The notes under the pieces were generated by a model. It saw only the letters and a list, made by a program, of their open reading frames with translations. It was not told where the DNA came from and made no database searches. 64,000 bases of DNA. Origin: Candidatus Hydrothermarchaeota archaeon (GTDB lineage: Archaea > CAYFZR01). Made by a program: the position numbers and the translations under genes. The stretch covers positions 1 through 64,000 of the forward strand of contig JBHIEG010000001.1 in NCBI GenBank assembly GCA_046760505.1. Reading direction: 5' to 3'. Position 1 is the first letter of the stretch, and the number at the start of each line of letters is the position of its first letter. Shown in pieces: positions 38,671 through 48,761 of the stretch.

Positions 38671-39213
38671 TTGGACTATGTAATAGATAAAAGAACCGGT
38701 AAACCCATTGAAGTAAAGGTCAAATGGGCATCGTGGGAAGATAAGAGGTATTTAATCAACAGTGAGAGATGGAAAAAATCTGTTTTTGGCGGATGGCGAG
38801 GTATAGTGAATGACGGATACAACATTCGCGTATTAACTCACAAAGAGACCGGCGAAGTTCTAGGAGCTTACGCCTTTTCGATCCACAAGGAAAAAGGCTA
38901 TCTGTTCATAGACTACATCGAATCGATCGTTAAAGATGAAATAAAGTACATAGGTACAACACTGATGAAAGACGCCGTAAAACAAGCATTTCAATGCGGT
39001 TTTAAAGGTCGTGTGAGACTTATATCAAGGTGGACGAAAGAAGAGACTCAGGCTCCAGAGAAGTTTTTCCTGAAGATCGGAATGGAAAAAGAAGTGGGAA
39101 ATATACACTGCCTTGATGCAAACATACATTACTGGAACTTTTCTTTTGATGAAGAAAGTGCAAAAAAGTTTTTAGAAAAATGCGATGAGCTTCTATCGAA
39201 TAAAAATAATTAG
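38671..39213 (+). CDS. GNAT-like acetyltransferase
   Basis: LFIDYIES...KYIGTTLMKDAV...GFKGRVRL...APEKFFLKIGM resembles GNAT motifs A and B. Confidence 0.6.
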   Translation: MDYVIDKRTGKPIEVKVKWASWEDKRYLINSERWKKSVFGGWRGIVNDGYNIRVLTHKETGEVLGAYAFSIHKEKGYLFIDYIESIVKDEIKYIGTTLMKDAVKQAFQCGFKGRVRLISRWTKEETQAPEKFFLKIGMEKEVGNIHCLDANIHYWNFSFDEESAKKFLEKCDELLSNKNN

Positions 39214-39232
39214 CACATATACCCTTAAACCA

Positions 39233-40192
39233 TCATCTTTTTAATTTCTGAAAAATCTTTTGAACTCTTTCTATCAAATCCTCTCTTATTTCTTTTTTCT
39301 CAATTTTTCCAGGATCTTCTTCTTGTTTGTACTCAATTTCTGCTAGTTCACAAATAACACCATAGATTGCTTGCTCCGCAACCTTAATAACCGATCCACC
39401 ACTCAGAATATAAAGTAATTTACCGTTACATACACTTTTAGCGTTTAATTTCAAGATCCTTGTGAATTTAGGATAAAATTCCCAACTCAACTTAAATGAG
39501 CCGTAATCGAGGTAATGGGAATCGTGTCCGAAAATAACCATTATCATCTCAGGATTAAACTTTTTTGTGAGTACAGGCACGATGGAATCTACCACGTAAA
39601 GGAATTCATTGTCCACTATATCTCGAGGTAGGGGAAAATCTATATTTTTGTTATGTAAATCAACCCTTTCCTCTGTTCCTCCATGAAAATTCAGGTGAAA
39701 AACCTCTTTATCCTGTTCAAAAAAATCCCTAGTTCCGTCACCAAAATGGGGATCGATGTCAACTATGAAGAATTTATTAACTCCATAATTTTTTCTTAGA
39801 TATTCAACCAATATTGCTACGTCATTGAAAAAACAAAAGCCCCAGGCACTCTCTTTACTTGCATGGTGTCCTGCTGTGCCGACGTATGCGAAGGCATTTT
39901 CAAATTCTCCTCTAATCAGAGATTCTCCACACACCAAGACGCTACCAGCGGATAGCAAGGCGATGTCGAAGTAATCTGTAGCCATTACGCTTGAGATGTG
40001 CTTTCCACTATGAACTTTCTTCAAGAGATCAAGAGAGACAGGTGAGGGTTTTCTAACATGAATATTATTTTTATCAGTAAGTGATTTAGCCTTTAAGTAA
40101 TCAAACGAGGGATTCACTCTATATTTGGTTGTCCAGTATCCGTGTTTTCCAAAATCTTCATGGTACGATATCAAGGTCTTTTTAATCGCCAT
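39233..40192 (-). CDS. Histone deacetylase / acetoin-utilisation (AcuC/AphA) family
   Basis: VHS, AGHHA, GFCFFNDVA, DIDPHFGDGT, GHDSH, SGG. Confidence 0.9.
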   Translation of the reverse strand: MAIKKTLISYHEDFGKHGYWTTKYRVNPSFDYLKAKSLTDKNNIHVRKPSPVSLDLLKKVHSGKHISSVMATDYFDIALLSAGSVLVCGESLIRGEFENAFAYVGTAGHHASKESAWGFCFFNDVAILVEYLRKNYGVNKFFIVDIDPHFGDGTRDFFEQDKEVFHLNFHGGTEERVDLHNKNIDFPLPRDIVDNEFLYVVDSIVPVLTKKFNPEMIMVIFGHDSHYLDYGSFKLSWEFYPKFTRILKLNAKSVCNGKLLYILSGGSVIKVAEQAIYGVICELAEIEYKQEEDPGKIEKKEIREDLIERVQKIFQKLKR

Positions 40193-40275
40193 ATAAACGG
40201 GCCTTGATAGTTTTCTAAAAGAAATGTGAGTAGTTTTAATCTTGCCCTCCTCTCCAAGCTTAGTTATTTAAAATT

Positions 40276-41157
40276 TCATGTTCTGAAAGGTATCATGTCA
40301 AACCTAACCGGTATGCCTATTTTTTGCTCGATCAACCTGCCTTTGTGGTATATTTTTCCTCCCTTTCTTCTTTCAGTTACGGAAGTATATTCTCCATCTA
40401 AGTGGATTTCTCCTCCGATCATAAAAAGTCCAACGTGTTCTCCTGCCCTGCCCTTTATTCTGATTGAGCCTTTTGTCATCCAGTTCCCCACCATGTCTTG
40501 AGTATCTCCATGGATGATGATTTCCCCTCCAAGCATATTGTATCCAAGCATGTATCCTGTGTTTCCTTTTATCTCCATTTTACCGCCCCACATGTAGTGA
40601 CCTGCCTTATGACCTGCATCTCCATGAATTATTATCTCTCCCCCGTACATGTCTGATCCGGCTTTCTCTCCTGCATTTCCCTTAATCTCTATCCGTCCTG
40701 ACCTCATCATGTGCCCGAGACGATCTCCAACATTTCCTTCAATTATTATTCTTCCTCCTTGGAGAAATACGCCAACATAATCGAGGGGATCTCTTAGCTT
40801 CCTTAAATCAAGGCACATATCTTCTTCTCTCCTGACATTAATTAAGGCGGAGAGAAAAACCCCTGCTTTGGATTTAAAATCCTCTATATCTGTGTAAAGA
40901 TCTTGAAGTTTCCACAAGTCCTTGGAGAATTCCTCTACTGTCTTTATGCTATAATTTAAGTTTTTTAGGCTATTGTATGCGATTTTATAATCGTTCTGGA
41001 TGATTGTTGATTTCTTTTCCATGAAGGAACCAAATAACTCCCTAATGGTTTCCATTTCAAGAACTTTCTCGCTCTTCTCTACCTTACTTTCTTTCTTGAT
41101 TTCAACTTCGCTTGAGATTTCTGAATATGTCTTCCCGAATAATCTCTTCCTTAACAT
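40276..41157 (-). CDS. FwdC/GltB-type GXGXG beta-helix protein with an N-terminal helical domain
   Basis: Repeats G.I.I.GnaG..aG..M.GG about six times; GVFLSALIN. Confidence 0.8.
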   Translation of the reverse strand: MLRKRLFGKTYSEISSEVEIKKESKVEKSEKVLEMETIRELFGSFMEKKSTIIQNDYKIAYNSLKNLNYSIKTVEEFSKDLWKLQDLYTDIEDFKSKAGVFLSALINVRREEDMCLDLRKLRDPLDYVGVFLQGGRIIIEGNVGDRLGHMMRSGRIEIKGNAGEKAGSDMYGGEIIIHGDAGHKAGHYMWGGKMEIKGNTGYMLGYNMLGGEIIIHGDTQDMVGNWMTKGSIRIKGRAGEHVGLFMIGGEIHLDGEYTSVTERRKGGKIYHKGRLIEQKIGIPVRFDMIPFRT

Positions 41158-41158
41158 A

Positions 41159-42949
41159 CTAGAATTTCCTAATTCCTTGTTTTGTCAGGTCAATCATCAA
41201 CTTCAGTAGATCCTTCCTGTTTCTTACATGATTGACATCGAAACCTGCTTCTTTAAGATCATATCCAGTTTTACTTTCCGTTTCCACCTCTATAAATGAT
41301 AGATAGTTCTTTTTTGCAACATCGATGAATTCGCTTTTTATTTTCTGCCAGTTATGGATCTGTCCGTCTGAGAGCATGATGATAATATTCCCGCCTCCAC
41401 CAAGTTCGGTTTTAACGATATCAATATCGATAATGGTATTTCCAAACTGAGGAGTTAATGCTAGCTTTTTTATCTCAGATATCCTCGAATACGTTTTCCA
41501 CCCGGTTTTCAGTGTTTTATCTGAGAAGTTTATAAGGTTGTATCTCACGTAAGGGGCTATTCCATAAGACTGAATGTACTTAATTATTCCATAAAGACCC
41601 AGAAGCGCATGATGGTACTTGCTATCATCACCCCACTCAACGATACTTTCCCTCTTAAGGATAAGCTCTTGGTATTTGCTTTCATCTCCAACTTGAACTA
41701 TGCTTACGCCTTCAACATCCTCTTGCATGCTCCCAGATGTGTCTATTATGAAACAAAAGTCAGGCATCCTCCCAAAGCCAGACTTTGCAGGTATCGTTAG
41801 GGAATAATCAAATCTTGGAACCTGAAAGTTTATGGGTCTTTTTATCATTTGCCTGAACGGGCTATCTGGATCAGGTACAAGCCTTCTAAAAACAATCCTT
41901 TCTGGATCGTCTTTATCCTTTTCAAATTTCTTGAAGCAATACTTCATTACCGGATATCCAAATCCTTCCCCTGTTCCTTCTGCCTTTATGAATATTCTGG
42001 AGGAAAGAGCATCGTATAACAAGTCTAAAAACTCAAATTTATCCATGTGTTCCGGAATTTCTCTTACATCATCAGATGGTTTTTTTGATCTCATGTATAC
42101 CTTCAATACTAGATCCTTCTTTACCCTTGGAATATCCATCATCTTCTCGAAACTGCTCTCAGGACCCATCGTAATTTGTTCAAATTTTTCATCTATCAAA
42201 GTTGCCATGTGGTAGGCGAAGGTATAACTCTTGTATGGCCAGTCCTTCTTATAGGAAAGGGCGCGTGCATTATCCTCTATGCTTTCAGTAATTCCCAATT
42301 CTCTGGTAATTTTATCTATAACATCGTCTATTATTTTATCATTGGAGAAGAATTCTTTTAATAGAAGACGGTCCCGCTCCACACCCCAAGATCTAATATT
42401 TAACTTAACTAGAGCCTCAGAGAATGGATCAAAACCTTTGTTAATCAATGCCCTGTCGTAGTAGAATATAACCTGCCCAGCATATGGGGGATATAGAAGC
42501 TTCGCAAGTGTATTTGCCACGAGATCTTCAAAGGCACTTGCGATGTAACCCTGAGCCCCCTCCATTCCTCTCAGCTTAAGGGCCTTGGTAACCGATCCGA
42601 GGATATCACTGTGGTAGATTATGTCTGTTGGACAGCCATTTAATTTTCTTCCGTTGTATTCTAAGTTGTATTTCCAATGAAAGCTCTCGTGTATTAGTAG
42701 ATCTCGGGATACGATAAAGAATATGTCACCGGGATCTAGTCCCTGAGTTAAGAGATATTCTTTTACTGCGGGGTTAATCCTCCACTCTGGATTTATATCT
42801 ATTTTGATGTTCCATCTATAGTCGATGTCTGAATTTATGTTTCCCCTTTCTGTGTTGAGGTAATTTACTCTTACTCCGCCACCTATCATTCCCAATTCTT
42901 TATTCTTAAAGTCCCTCAATCTTTGTATTAGATCCATTTGTCTCTCCAT
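41159..42949 (-). CDS. vWA-domain protein with an N-terminal HExxH region
   Basis: LIHESFH...FEDLVAN; MIDAS DTSGS, INFS, GNT, LSDG. Confidence 0.8.
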   Translation of the reverse strand: MERQMDLIQRLRDFKNKELGMIGGGVRVNYLNTERGNINSDIDYRWNIKIDINPEWRINPAVKEYLLTQGLDPGDIFFIVSRDLLIHESFHWKYNLEYNGRKLNGCPTDIIYHSDILGSVTKALKLRGMEGAQGYIASAFEDLVANTLAKLLYPPYAGQVIFYYDRALINKGFDPFSEALVKLNIRSWGVERDRLLLKEFFSNDKIIDDVIDKITRELGITESIEDNARALSYKKDWPYKSYTFAYHMATLIDEKFEQITMGPESSFEKMMDIPRVKKDLVLKVYMRSKKPSDDVREIPEHMDKFEFLDLLYDALSSRIFIKAEGTGEGFGYPVMKYCFKKFEKDKDDPERIVFRRLVPDPDSPFRQMIKRPINFQVPRFDYSLTIPAKSGFGRMPDFCFIIDTSGSMQEDVEGVSIVQVGDESKYQELILKRESIVEWGDDSKYHHALLGLYGIIKYIQSYGIAPYVRYNLINFSDKTLKTGWKTYSRISEIKKLALTPQFGNTIIDIDIVKTELGGGGNIIIMLSDGQIHNWQKIKSEFIDVAKKNYLSFIEVETESKTGYDLKEAGFDVNHVRNRKDLLKLMIDLTKQGIRKF

Positions 42950-44274
42950 TACTCAACAAATACTTTCAGTATGGGATATCTTTTGACGAGTGTTTTATAC
43001 TCTTCCTCTGATTTCTTGCTGAGATCTCCTTGTTCTTGAGCAATATTGTTTATTTCTCGAAAGATCTCTCCGCAAAATTCCCATTCATGATTAAGTTTAT
43101 CCAGGGTGCTCGTACCTAACTTTCCCTTAACAGAGTCTAAAAAAGCCTCTTCTATCAGTTCTCTTTTTTCATCAAAGCCTTCTTGGAATCTTCTAGTAAG
43201 GTCTAATATGGCTAAACTCGGGTTGGAGCAGTACTCCCTCCTGACCCAGTAATCGTCTATTATATTCGAGTACGGTGCCATTATTTTGAATGCCTCAAAT
43301 ACATCTCTATAAGAGACGATCTCGTCTGTATTGCCCTTTGCTCCTGCAACAACTTTTATTCCGCAAACGAATTTCTTCAGTGCTTTTTCTCCTCTTACAG
43401 ATAGTGGTCTAATGTAGCCGCAGCCATCCCCCAGCCTTGAGCAGCCCTCGCATATCTCAGGGATTGCATTTGGTATCATCCTTTTGCTCTTAGTGCCATA
43501 TGATTTTTCAGGAAGGCAATAATCCAGACCATCTCTGAGAAAACTTAAGGCTAAATAAGCAGAGATGTCCATTTCAACATTGTTTAGAAGATTTTTTACA
43601 TATATGATGTCCTCAATATGGTCTTCTCTTTTGGAATCCAATATTATTGGATCTGTATCCGAGAGAATTATCTCTAAATTGTCCTTTGTATCAGGGGGAT
43701 GGTTATCCATATCTAGCACGATATGAAATCTGTCTGTCAGACCCGGATCGACATCAAAAGTTCCGTAGTACCTTCCATCTCCTATGTTGGCAGAGGCTAT
43801 CACAACATGATAACCCTTGTATCCCAGAGGGATCCTAGTACCCTTTCCGGTCTCTATGTAGCCATCAAACATGTTGAAAAACTGGTTCTGCGTAATGCTT
43901 GGAGCCCTATTGATTTCATCTATCAAAACTAAAGGGATCTTGATCGCTGGGGTCAACTCTTTTTCAAGCTTATCGATGTTGAATTTTTCATAGATTTCCT
44001 TCGGATCAGAGTCTGGCCTTGCTCTTAGATATACTGAATTTCCTCCGAACCAATTGTTGGCAACATCATTCATTAATTGGGTCTTTCCCTCTCCTCGCTC
44101 GCTGCAGAGTAAGAGATTTAGCCTGCTTATCATGGCTGCTTTCACTATGTCTTCGATTATTAGAGGAAAACCGTCTATTTCCGCTACTGTATTATTGTTT
44201 CTGTAGACTTGAAGTCTTGGGAGCCTCTTCACTCTTTCGACCATATCCCAATAAACATTATTCTCCATTTCCAC
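42949..44274 (-). CDS. MoxR-family AAA+ ATPase
   Basis: NLLLCSERGEGKT (variant Walker A), LIDEINRAPSITQN, ASAN, GTFDVDPGLTDRF, LSVRG. Confidence 0.85.
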   Translation of the reverse strand: MEMENNVYWDMVERVKRLPRLQVYRNNNTVAEIDGFPLIIEDIVKAAMISRLNLLLCSERGEGKTQLMNDVANNWFGGNSVYLRARPDSDPKEIYEKFNIDKLEKELTPAIKIPLVLIDEINRAPSITQNQFFNMFDGYIETGKGTRIPLGYKGYHVVIASANIGDGRYYGTFDVDPGLTDRFHIVLDMDNHPPDTKDNLEIILSDTDPIILDSKREDHIEDIIYVKNLLNNVEMDISAYLALSFLRDGLDYCLPEKSYGTKSKRMIPNAIPEICEGCSRLGDGCGYIRPLSVRGEKALKKFVCGIKVVAGAKGNTDEIVSYRDVFEAFKIMAPYSNIIDDYWVRREYCSNPSLAILDLTRRFQEGFDEKRELIEEAFLDSVKGKLGTSTLDKLNHEWEFCGEIFREINNIAQEQGDLSKKSEEEYKTLVKRYPILKVFVE

Positions 44275-44431
44275 ACCAGTTACATGGTATTAATATTATT
44301 TAACCCAATGATTTAAAAAAGCTGACGGATCTTATTCAACACCTACATTAATTGAGTGATCAATTTTTTAATTAAGAAATGTGGAGAAAATCACCCCAAG
44401 ATTTTTTTACCATTAATATCGAAATAGAGCC

Positions 44432-44590
44432 ATGACGTACTGGATCTGTATTGAATGCAGACACACATACAAGGCTGAGACTCGAGTGGAAAAGTGTCCT
44501 GAATGCGGTGCATCAAAGGATATGCAGGGAAAACTACCTGAAACAACGCTGTTCGAGATGATAGCAGAATGGAAAATGGATGAACATTAA
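44432..44590 (+). CDS. Rubredoxin-like small protein, 52 aa; not in the ORF track
   Basis: Hand translation MTYWICIECRHTYKAETRVEKCPECGASKDMQGKLPETTLFEMIAEWKMDEH. Confidence 0.7.
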   Translation: MTYWICIECRHTYKAETRVEKCPECGASKDMQGKLPETTLFEMIAEWKMDEH

Positions 44591-44640
44591 AAAAATATTG
44601 AAAATAACAATGCTCACTTTTATTAAGGACTCACAGGTTA

Positions 44641-44907
44641 TTATGCTTGGGGTTCTTCCTCGCAGTTCGGGCAATAGTAGGCTGGAACTCTGTATCCCGG
44701 TCTAACTGGATGCGGCAGGCTTTTTTCCACGATTTCTGCACCGCATTCAGGACACTTATACTTGGCTTCGCCAGATTCTTTTATGTAACATGACATGCCC
44801 TTTCTCAGATACATTTTTCCGCATTTTTTACATTTTGCTTCGTATAGATCTGAAATAATAGTCTCCCACCATAACCTTTCCTCACAACAAGTAGTTGGTG
44901 CTTCCAT
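44641..44907 (-). CDS. Small double zinc-ribbon protein
   Basis: CC, CKKC, CPEC, YYCPNC. Confidence 0.7.
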   Translation of the reverse strand: MEAPTTCCEERLWWETIISDLYEAKCKKCGKMYLRKGMSCYIKESGEAKYKCPECGAEIVEKSLPHPVRPGYRVPAYYCPNCEEEPQA

Positions 44908-44986
44908 AATATTCCTCCTGTTTTCCTGACAATTTGGAATCTTATACTACTATAAAAGTTTTTTTAGACATCGATTTCGGATGAGG

Positions 44987-46726
44987 CTAGATGCCGTTCA
45001 TGAGACCGAGAGACTGATGATATAAATCCTCGAGGGATTTATTGTAGCCGAAAGGATCTGATTTGGTTACCTTGAATCTCTCAGGATTCAAATATTCCTC
45101 AAAAGTTTCTTTTAAGACCATTAATCGCTTATTCCTTTCTTCTAAATTGCTTAAATTCATTATTGCTTCAACTTCCCTCCCTATCCAGTGCCAAGCCTTG
45201 ATTTTAAATAGTTCAAAACTTAACATTGCGGTATCAGATGGATTTTCGCATAGAAAGCGATATCTCGCCTCTAAATCTACCATTATCTCTAGAGATTTTG
45301 TTATTAAATCTGTTAAAGTTCTTCTATCCAGAAATCGTGGTTCGTAGCTCAGCCATAGGTTCCAAGATGGCATCATCATACCGTTGTAGTAATCTTCGAA
45401 ATTCTTGAAAATCAATCTGTAACCATATTTTTCTGGAAAATCAAAGGCCAGAGATCCTGGATCTAAAAGAAGCATGAAACCAAACTCAGGTTTGACGATG
45501 GATGCCTTCTCGCCATTTTTAATGTATCCCTCAAGGTTTAATGAGTAGAGCCTTTCCCATAGGTTCCATGTTTCCCTTATCGTGTGGATTGTTTCTTCGC
45601 CTAGACTCAGCATGAAAAAGACTCCAATGTCTAAACTGTATTTCTGGCAAAGTTTAGCTGTTTTAATGAGATCGTCCGTAGAGTAATTCCTTCCGTGAGC
45701 TCTGCGAACGCTTTCGGAGCCGGATTCTGGTGAGATTGTAAGAGCTATGGGAACGCCGATCTTTGCTATGGCCTTCAAATACTCTTCATTTGCCGGAACG
45801 AAAAGCTCCATATCCAAGCCATTTACATCGACCTTTTCTTTGCTGAGAAGTGAAAAAAGATTTTCCCAGTACTTTCTACCCCCTATACGAGGGTCCTGAA
45901 ATAGAGAAACTTGATCTATGCCTTGTTCCCTTAGCCTATTTATGTCTTCTATGATTTTTTGGGGACTTCTCAGTGCAGGTGCATCCCTGTTAAACATTTT
46001 CCGGTAAGCATAAGAGGAGGCTCCACAGCATACACAATCGTATATGCAGCCCCTCGCAATAGGTATACACCACCACCTAAGAACTGATCCATCTGTAATC
46101 CTTTCTAGAAGTAGCTTTTTTGGCTCTACCAAGTCCAATCTTGTAAAGTCATAGTTGTCTAGAGTATCAACAGGCTTCATGGTAGGATTTATACTGATTC
46201 TACCGTTTTTGTTGATGTATGTAAGGTTTGGAACATTTTCTACATTTTTTTGTCTTTCAAGCCTTTCGGTTAGCATCAAAAAAGGTATTTCCGCTTCTCC
46301 CCTCACGATAAAATCTATAAATTTGAATTTCTGAACTATTTCTCTGTGAAAGCACGTTGCAGTAAGTCCACCAAGAACTAGGGAAGAAGATGGTCTTATT
46401 TTTTTGCATATTCTTGCAATCTCTATGGCGCCATGAGAATGGACGCACCAGTGTAAATCTATCGCGTAGATATTTGCCTTGGTTCTTTTGATGAATTCAT
46501 CCACTTCAAAGTTTCTATCTGCTATCATAAACTCTCCTAAGTTGAATATCTTAGCCGAATATCCATTTCTCTCAAGATATTCAGCCATGCTTAAAAGACC
46601 CACAGGTATCGTTATAAACTGTGAGGAACTGAAGGGTACGGTTCTCGCAATTGCGCCCGGAAAAAATACCCTTTTTCTGAAGTCATGAATAGCTGGAGGG
46701 TGCAAAAAAACGACATCATACTTCAT
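44987..46726 (-). CDS. Cobalamin-binding radical SAM protein
   Basis: N-terminal B12-binding domain (PVGLLSMAEYL, IDLHW, LGGLTAT, RGEAE); RGCIYDCVCC; ISPESG. Confidence 0.88.
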   Translation of the reverse strand: MKYDVVFLHPPAIHDFRKRVFFPGAIARTVPFSSSQFITIPVGLLSMAEYLERNGYSAKIFNLGEFMIADRNFEVDEFIKRTKANIYAIDLHWCVHSHGAIEIARICKKIRPSSSLVLGGLTATCFHREIVQKFKFIDFIVRGEAEIPFLMLTERLERQKNVENVPNLTYINKNGRISINPTMKPVDTLDNYDFTRLDLVEPKKLLLERITDGSVLRWWCIPIARGCIYDCVCCGASSYAYRKMFNRDAPALRSPQKIIEDINRLREQGIDQVSLFQDPRIGGRKYWENLFSLLSKEKVDVNGLDMELFVPANEEYLKAIAKIGVPIALTISPESGSESVRRAHGRNYSTDDLIKTAKLCQKYSLDIGVFFMLSLGEETIHTIRETWNLWERLYSLNLEGYIKNGEKASIVKPEFGFMLLLDPGSLAFDFPEKYGYRLIFKNFEDYYNGMMMPSWNLWLSYEPRFLDRRTLTDLITKSLEIMVDLEARYRFLCENPSDTAMLSFELFKIKAWHWIGREVEAIMNLSNLEERNKRLMVLKETFEEYLNPERFKVTKSDPFGYNKSLEDLYHQSLGLMNGI

Positions 46727-46776
46727 GAGAAAAGATATTTAATGCTGATTATTTAAGTTTGGTGCAAGGTTTAGAA

Positions 46777-47376
46777 ATGAGTGAAAAAATCCAAAATTTC
46801 ATTAAAAACGAAAAAGGAAATCTTTTGGTAAACTTAGCAAAAGAAGCATTCATATACTACCTAAAAGAGCAAAAAAGAATTGATAAAATATACATTTATG
46901 ATGAATTGAAGGAGAAAAGAGGTGTTTTTATTACTCTAAAGAAAATTGAAAGAGATAGAGAAAAGAGTATCGTTTCAATGGGTTATCCATTGCCTGAAAA
47001 GCCTCTTTTTCATTCAGTCATCGACTCGGCTATTGCTTGTGCAAATAAAGCAAGAATTTTAAATCTTTTGGGCGAAATTGAAAGTATAATTCTAGAGGTT
47101 AGCGTTTTGGGCAATATAGAAGAAATTCAAACAGAAAGGCGTGTTGATTATCCCAAGCAAATTAAACTTGGGCAGGATGGAATTATGATAGAAAGAGGTT
47201 TTCAAAGAGCGCTTATTCTTCCACAAGTGCCGCTGGAAAATGAATGGAATGAGATAGATCTTCTCAGCGAATGCTGTCTGAAAGCAGGACTTTCCCCTGA
47301 CGCTTGGCTTGATGAAGATACGAGAATATATAAGTTTAAAACCAGAGTCTTCAGATGTATCTTCAGATGTAAATAG
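46777..47376 (+). CDS. AMMECR1-domain protein
   Basis: RGVFITL, GYPLP, EVSVL, GQDGIMI, LILPQVP.E..W, CLKAGL.PDAW. Confidence 0.88.
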   Translation: MSEKIQNFIKNEKGNLLVNLAKEAFIYYLKEQKRIDKIYIYDELKEKRGVFITLKKIERDREKSIVSMGYPLPEKPLFHSVIDSAIACANKARILNLLGEIESIILEVSVLGNIEEIQTERRVDYPKQIKLGQDGIMIERGFQRALILPQVPLENEWNEIDLLSECCLKAGLSPDAWLDEDTRIYKFKTRVFRCIFRCK

Positions 47377-47398
47377 GATTTTAGGCTGATAAATTGAA

Positions 47399-47722
47399 TT
47401 AAGGTCTGGATTTTTTACCCTCAAAAACTATTTCTCCAAACTTTAAACCGATTATATATCCGATTACTAGAACTAATAGCAAGATAATCGTAAGTATGAT
47501 CAAAAAACCGGTAATTCGTGTCGATAAATCTATCGATGAAGCATTAACAAAAAAGAAAAGGATGAGAAGCCAAAATAGGTAAAGCGGACTCATAGCCATA
47601 ATTGCCCCGATTATATCATTTTTCATGATTTTATCTTTTATCACTCTTGTAATCGAGAATATTATCAAAAATGAGATGGCAAAAAACATAAAGAGTAGAA
47701 ATAATTTTGGATTTTCCAACAT
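47399..47722 (-). CDS. Small membrane protein (three TM)
   Basis: Three hydrophobic stretches. Confidence 0.6.
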   Translation of the reverse strand: MLENPKLFLLFMFFAISFLIIFSITRVIKDKIMKNDIIGAIMAMSPLYLFWLLILFFFVNASSIDLSTRITGFLIILTIILLLVLVIGYIIGLKFGEIVFEGKKSRP

Positions 47723-47809
47723 AAAGGATATTTACCTTTATTTCTATATATCCTCTTCTTCTTAAGCTACCTATGGAGAAATACATTTGGAAAATGATTT
47801 TAAGGGAAA

Positions 47810-48757
47810 CTAATTTAGATTTAACTCGCGTATTATGCAAATATCATGGGCCAGACAACCGCATTTACAGATATTTATGTGTTTACAGCCATAACACTTC
47901 TTTATTTTTATTTTTCTGATTTTCTCTGATATTTCCATTGTTCTGGTTATAATGGTGTCTATGTCGTCTTTGGTTATGTTCCCTGCCTTTATTGGGATGT
48001 AAGGACATGGGTTGACATTGCCTAATGGATCTATAGACAATCTAAATCTTCCAGCAGGACAGTATCCGAATTTTTTGAATCTTTTTTTTCTTTTTTCAAA
48101 TCTTTCCTTATTTTTGAGGAAGAAATAGAAATCTCTCACAACAATTTTTGAGTAAAAATTGCTCTTTTCCAGTGCGTATTCGTAGACTTCCTTTAGCATT
48201 TTTGCATCCGGTACCCTATCAGATATAGAGGCACCGTGTCCTAGGGGTACAAATATAAATCCAGCAAACCCCCATTCATTTTCGCAGACCATATCAATAA
48301 TTCTCTTCAAATCTTCTACATTGTCGTTGAATACCGTGGATCTTACCCAAGGATTCTTGAGATAATTCAAAGCCTGTATAGCCTTTTCAAATGTTTTTTC
48401 TTTGCCTCTAAGGTTATCGTGTTTTTTACCGAGATAATCTAAACTGACAAAAACTAAAGCCTCTTCTAAGTTATTCGCTACTTCTCTTGTGATGGTTGTG
48501 CCGTTTGTCTGTAAATATATTCGGAAATCTTTTTTTATCGCATAGTCAAAGATCTTGGGCCAATCATTTCTCAGTAAAAATTCTCCTCCTGAGAAATTTA
48601 GTTTTTCTATCCCATTATCCCAGAGAACATCAATCAACTCAATGGCTTTATCGGTTTTGAGTTCATCCCCTTTGGCGTTTGAGAAACAGTGTTTGCATTT
48701 AAGATTGCATCTCCACGTTAAATGGAGTATAGCGAGTTTTATCATCGCTCTCTCCAA
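47810..48757 (-). CDS. Radical SAM protein with SPASM/twitch domain
   Basis: CNLKCKHC, FSGGE, TNG, VSLD; CPAG..IDPLGNVNPC...CYGC...CKCGC. Confidence 0.88.
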   Translation of the reverse strand: MERAMIKLAILHLTWRCNLKCKHCFSNAKGDELKTDKAIELIDVLWDNGIEKLNFSGGEFLLRNDWPKIFDYAIKKDFRIYLQTNGTTITREVANNLEEALVFVSLDYLGKKHDNLRGKEKTFEKAIQALNYLKNPWVRSTVFNDNVEDLKRIIDMVCENEWGFAGFIFVPLGHGASISDRVPDAKMLKEVYEYALEKSNFYSKIVVRDFYFFLKNKERFEKRKKRFKKFGYCPAGRFRLSIDPLGNVNPCPYIPIKAGNITKDDIDTIITRTMEISEKIRKIKIKKCYGCKHINICKCGCLAHDICIIRELNLN

Positions 48758-48761
48758 GATC

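Noticed and set aside
40276-41157. Calling this gene fwdC or part of glutamate synthase
   Set aside because: No fwdA/B/D or glt genes are adjacent and it has an unrelated N-terminal domain
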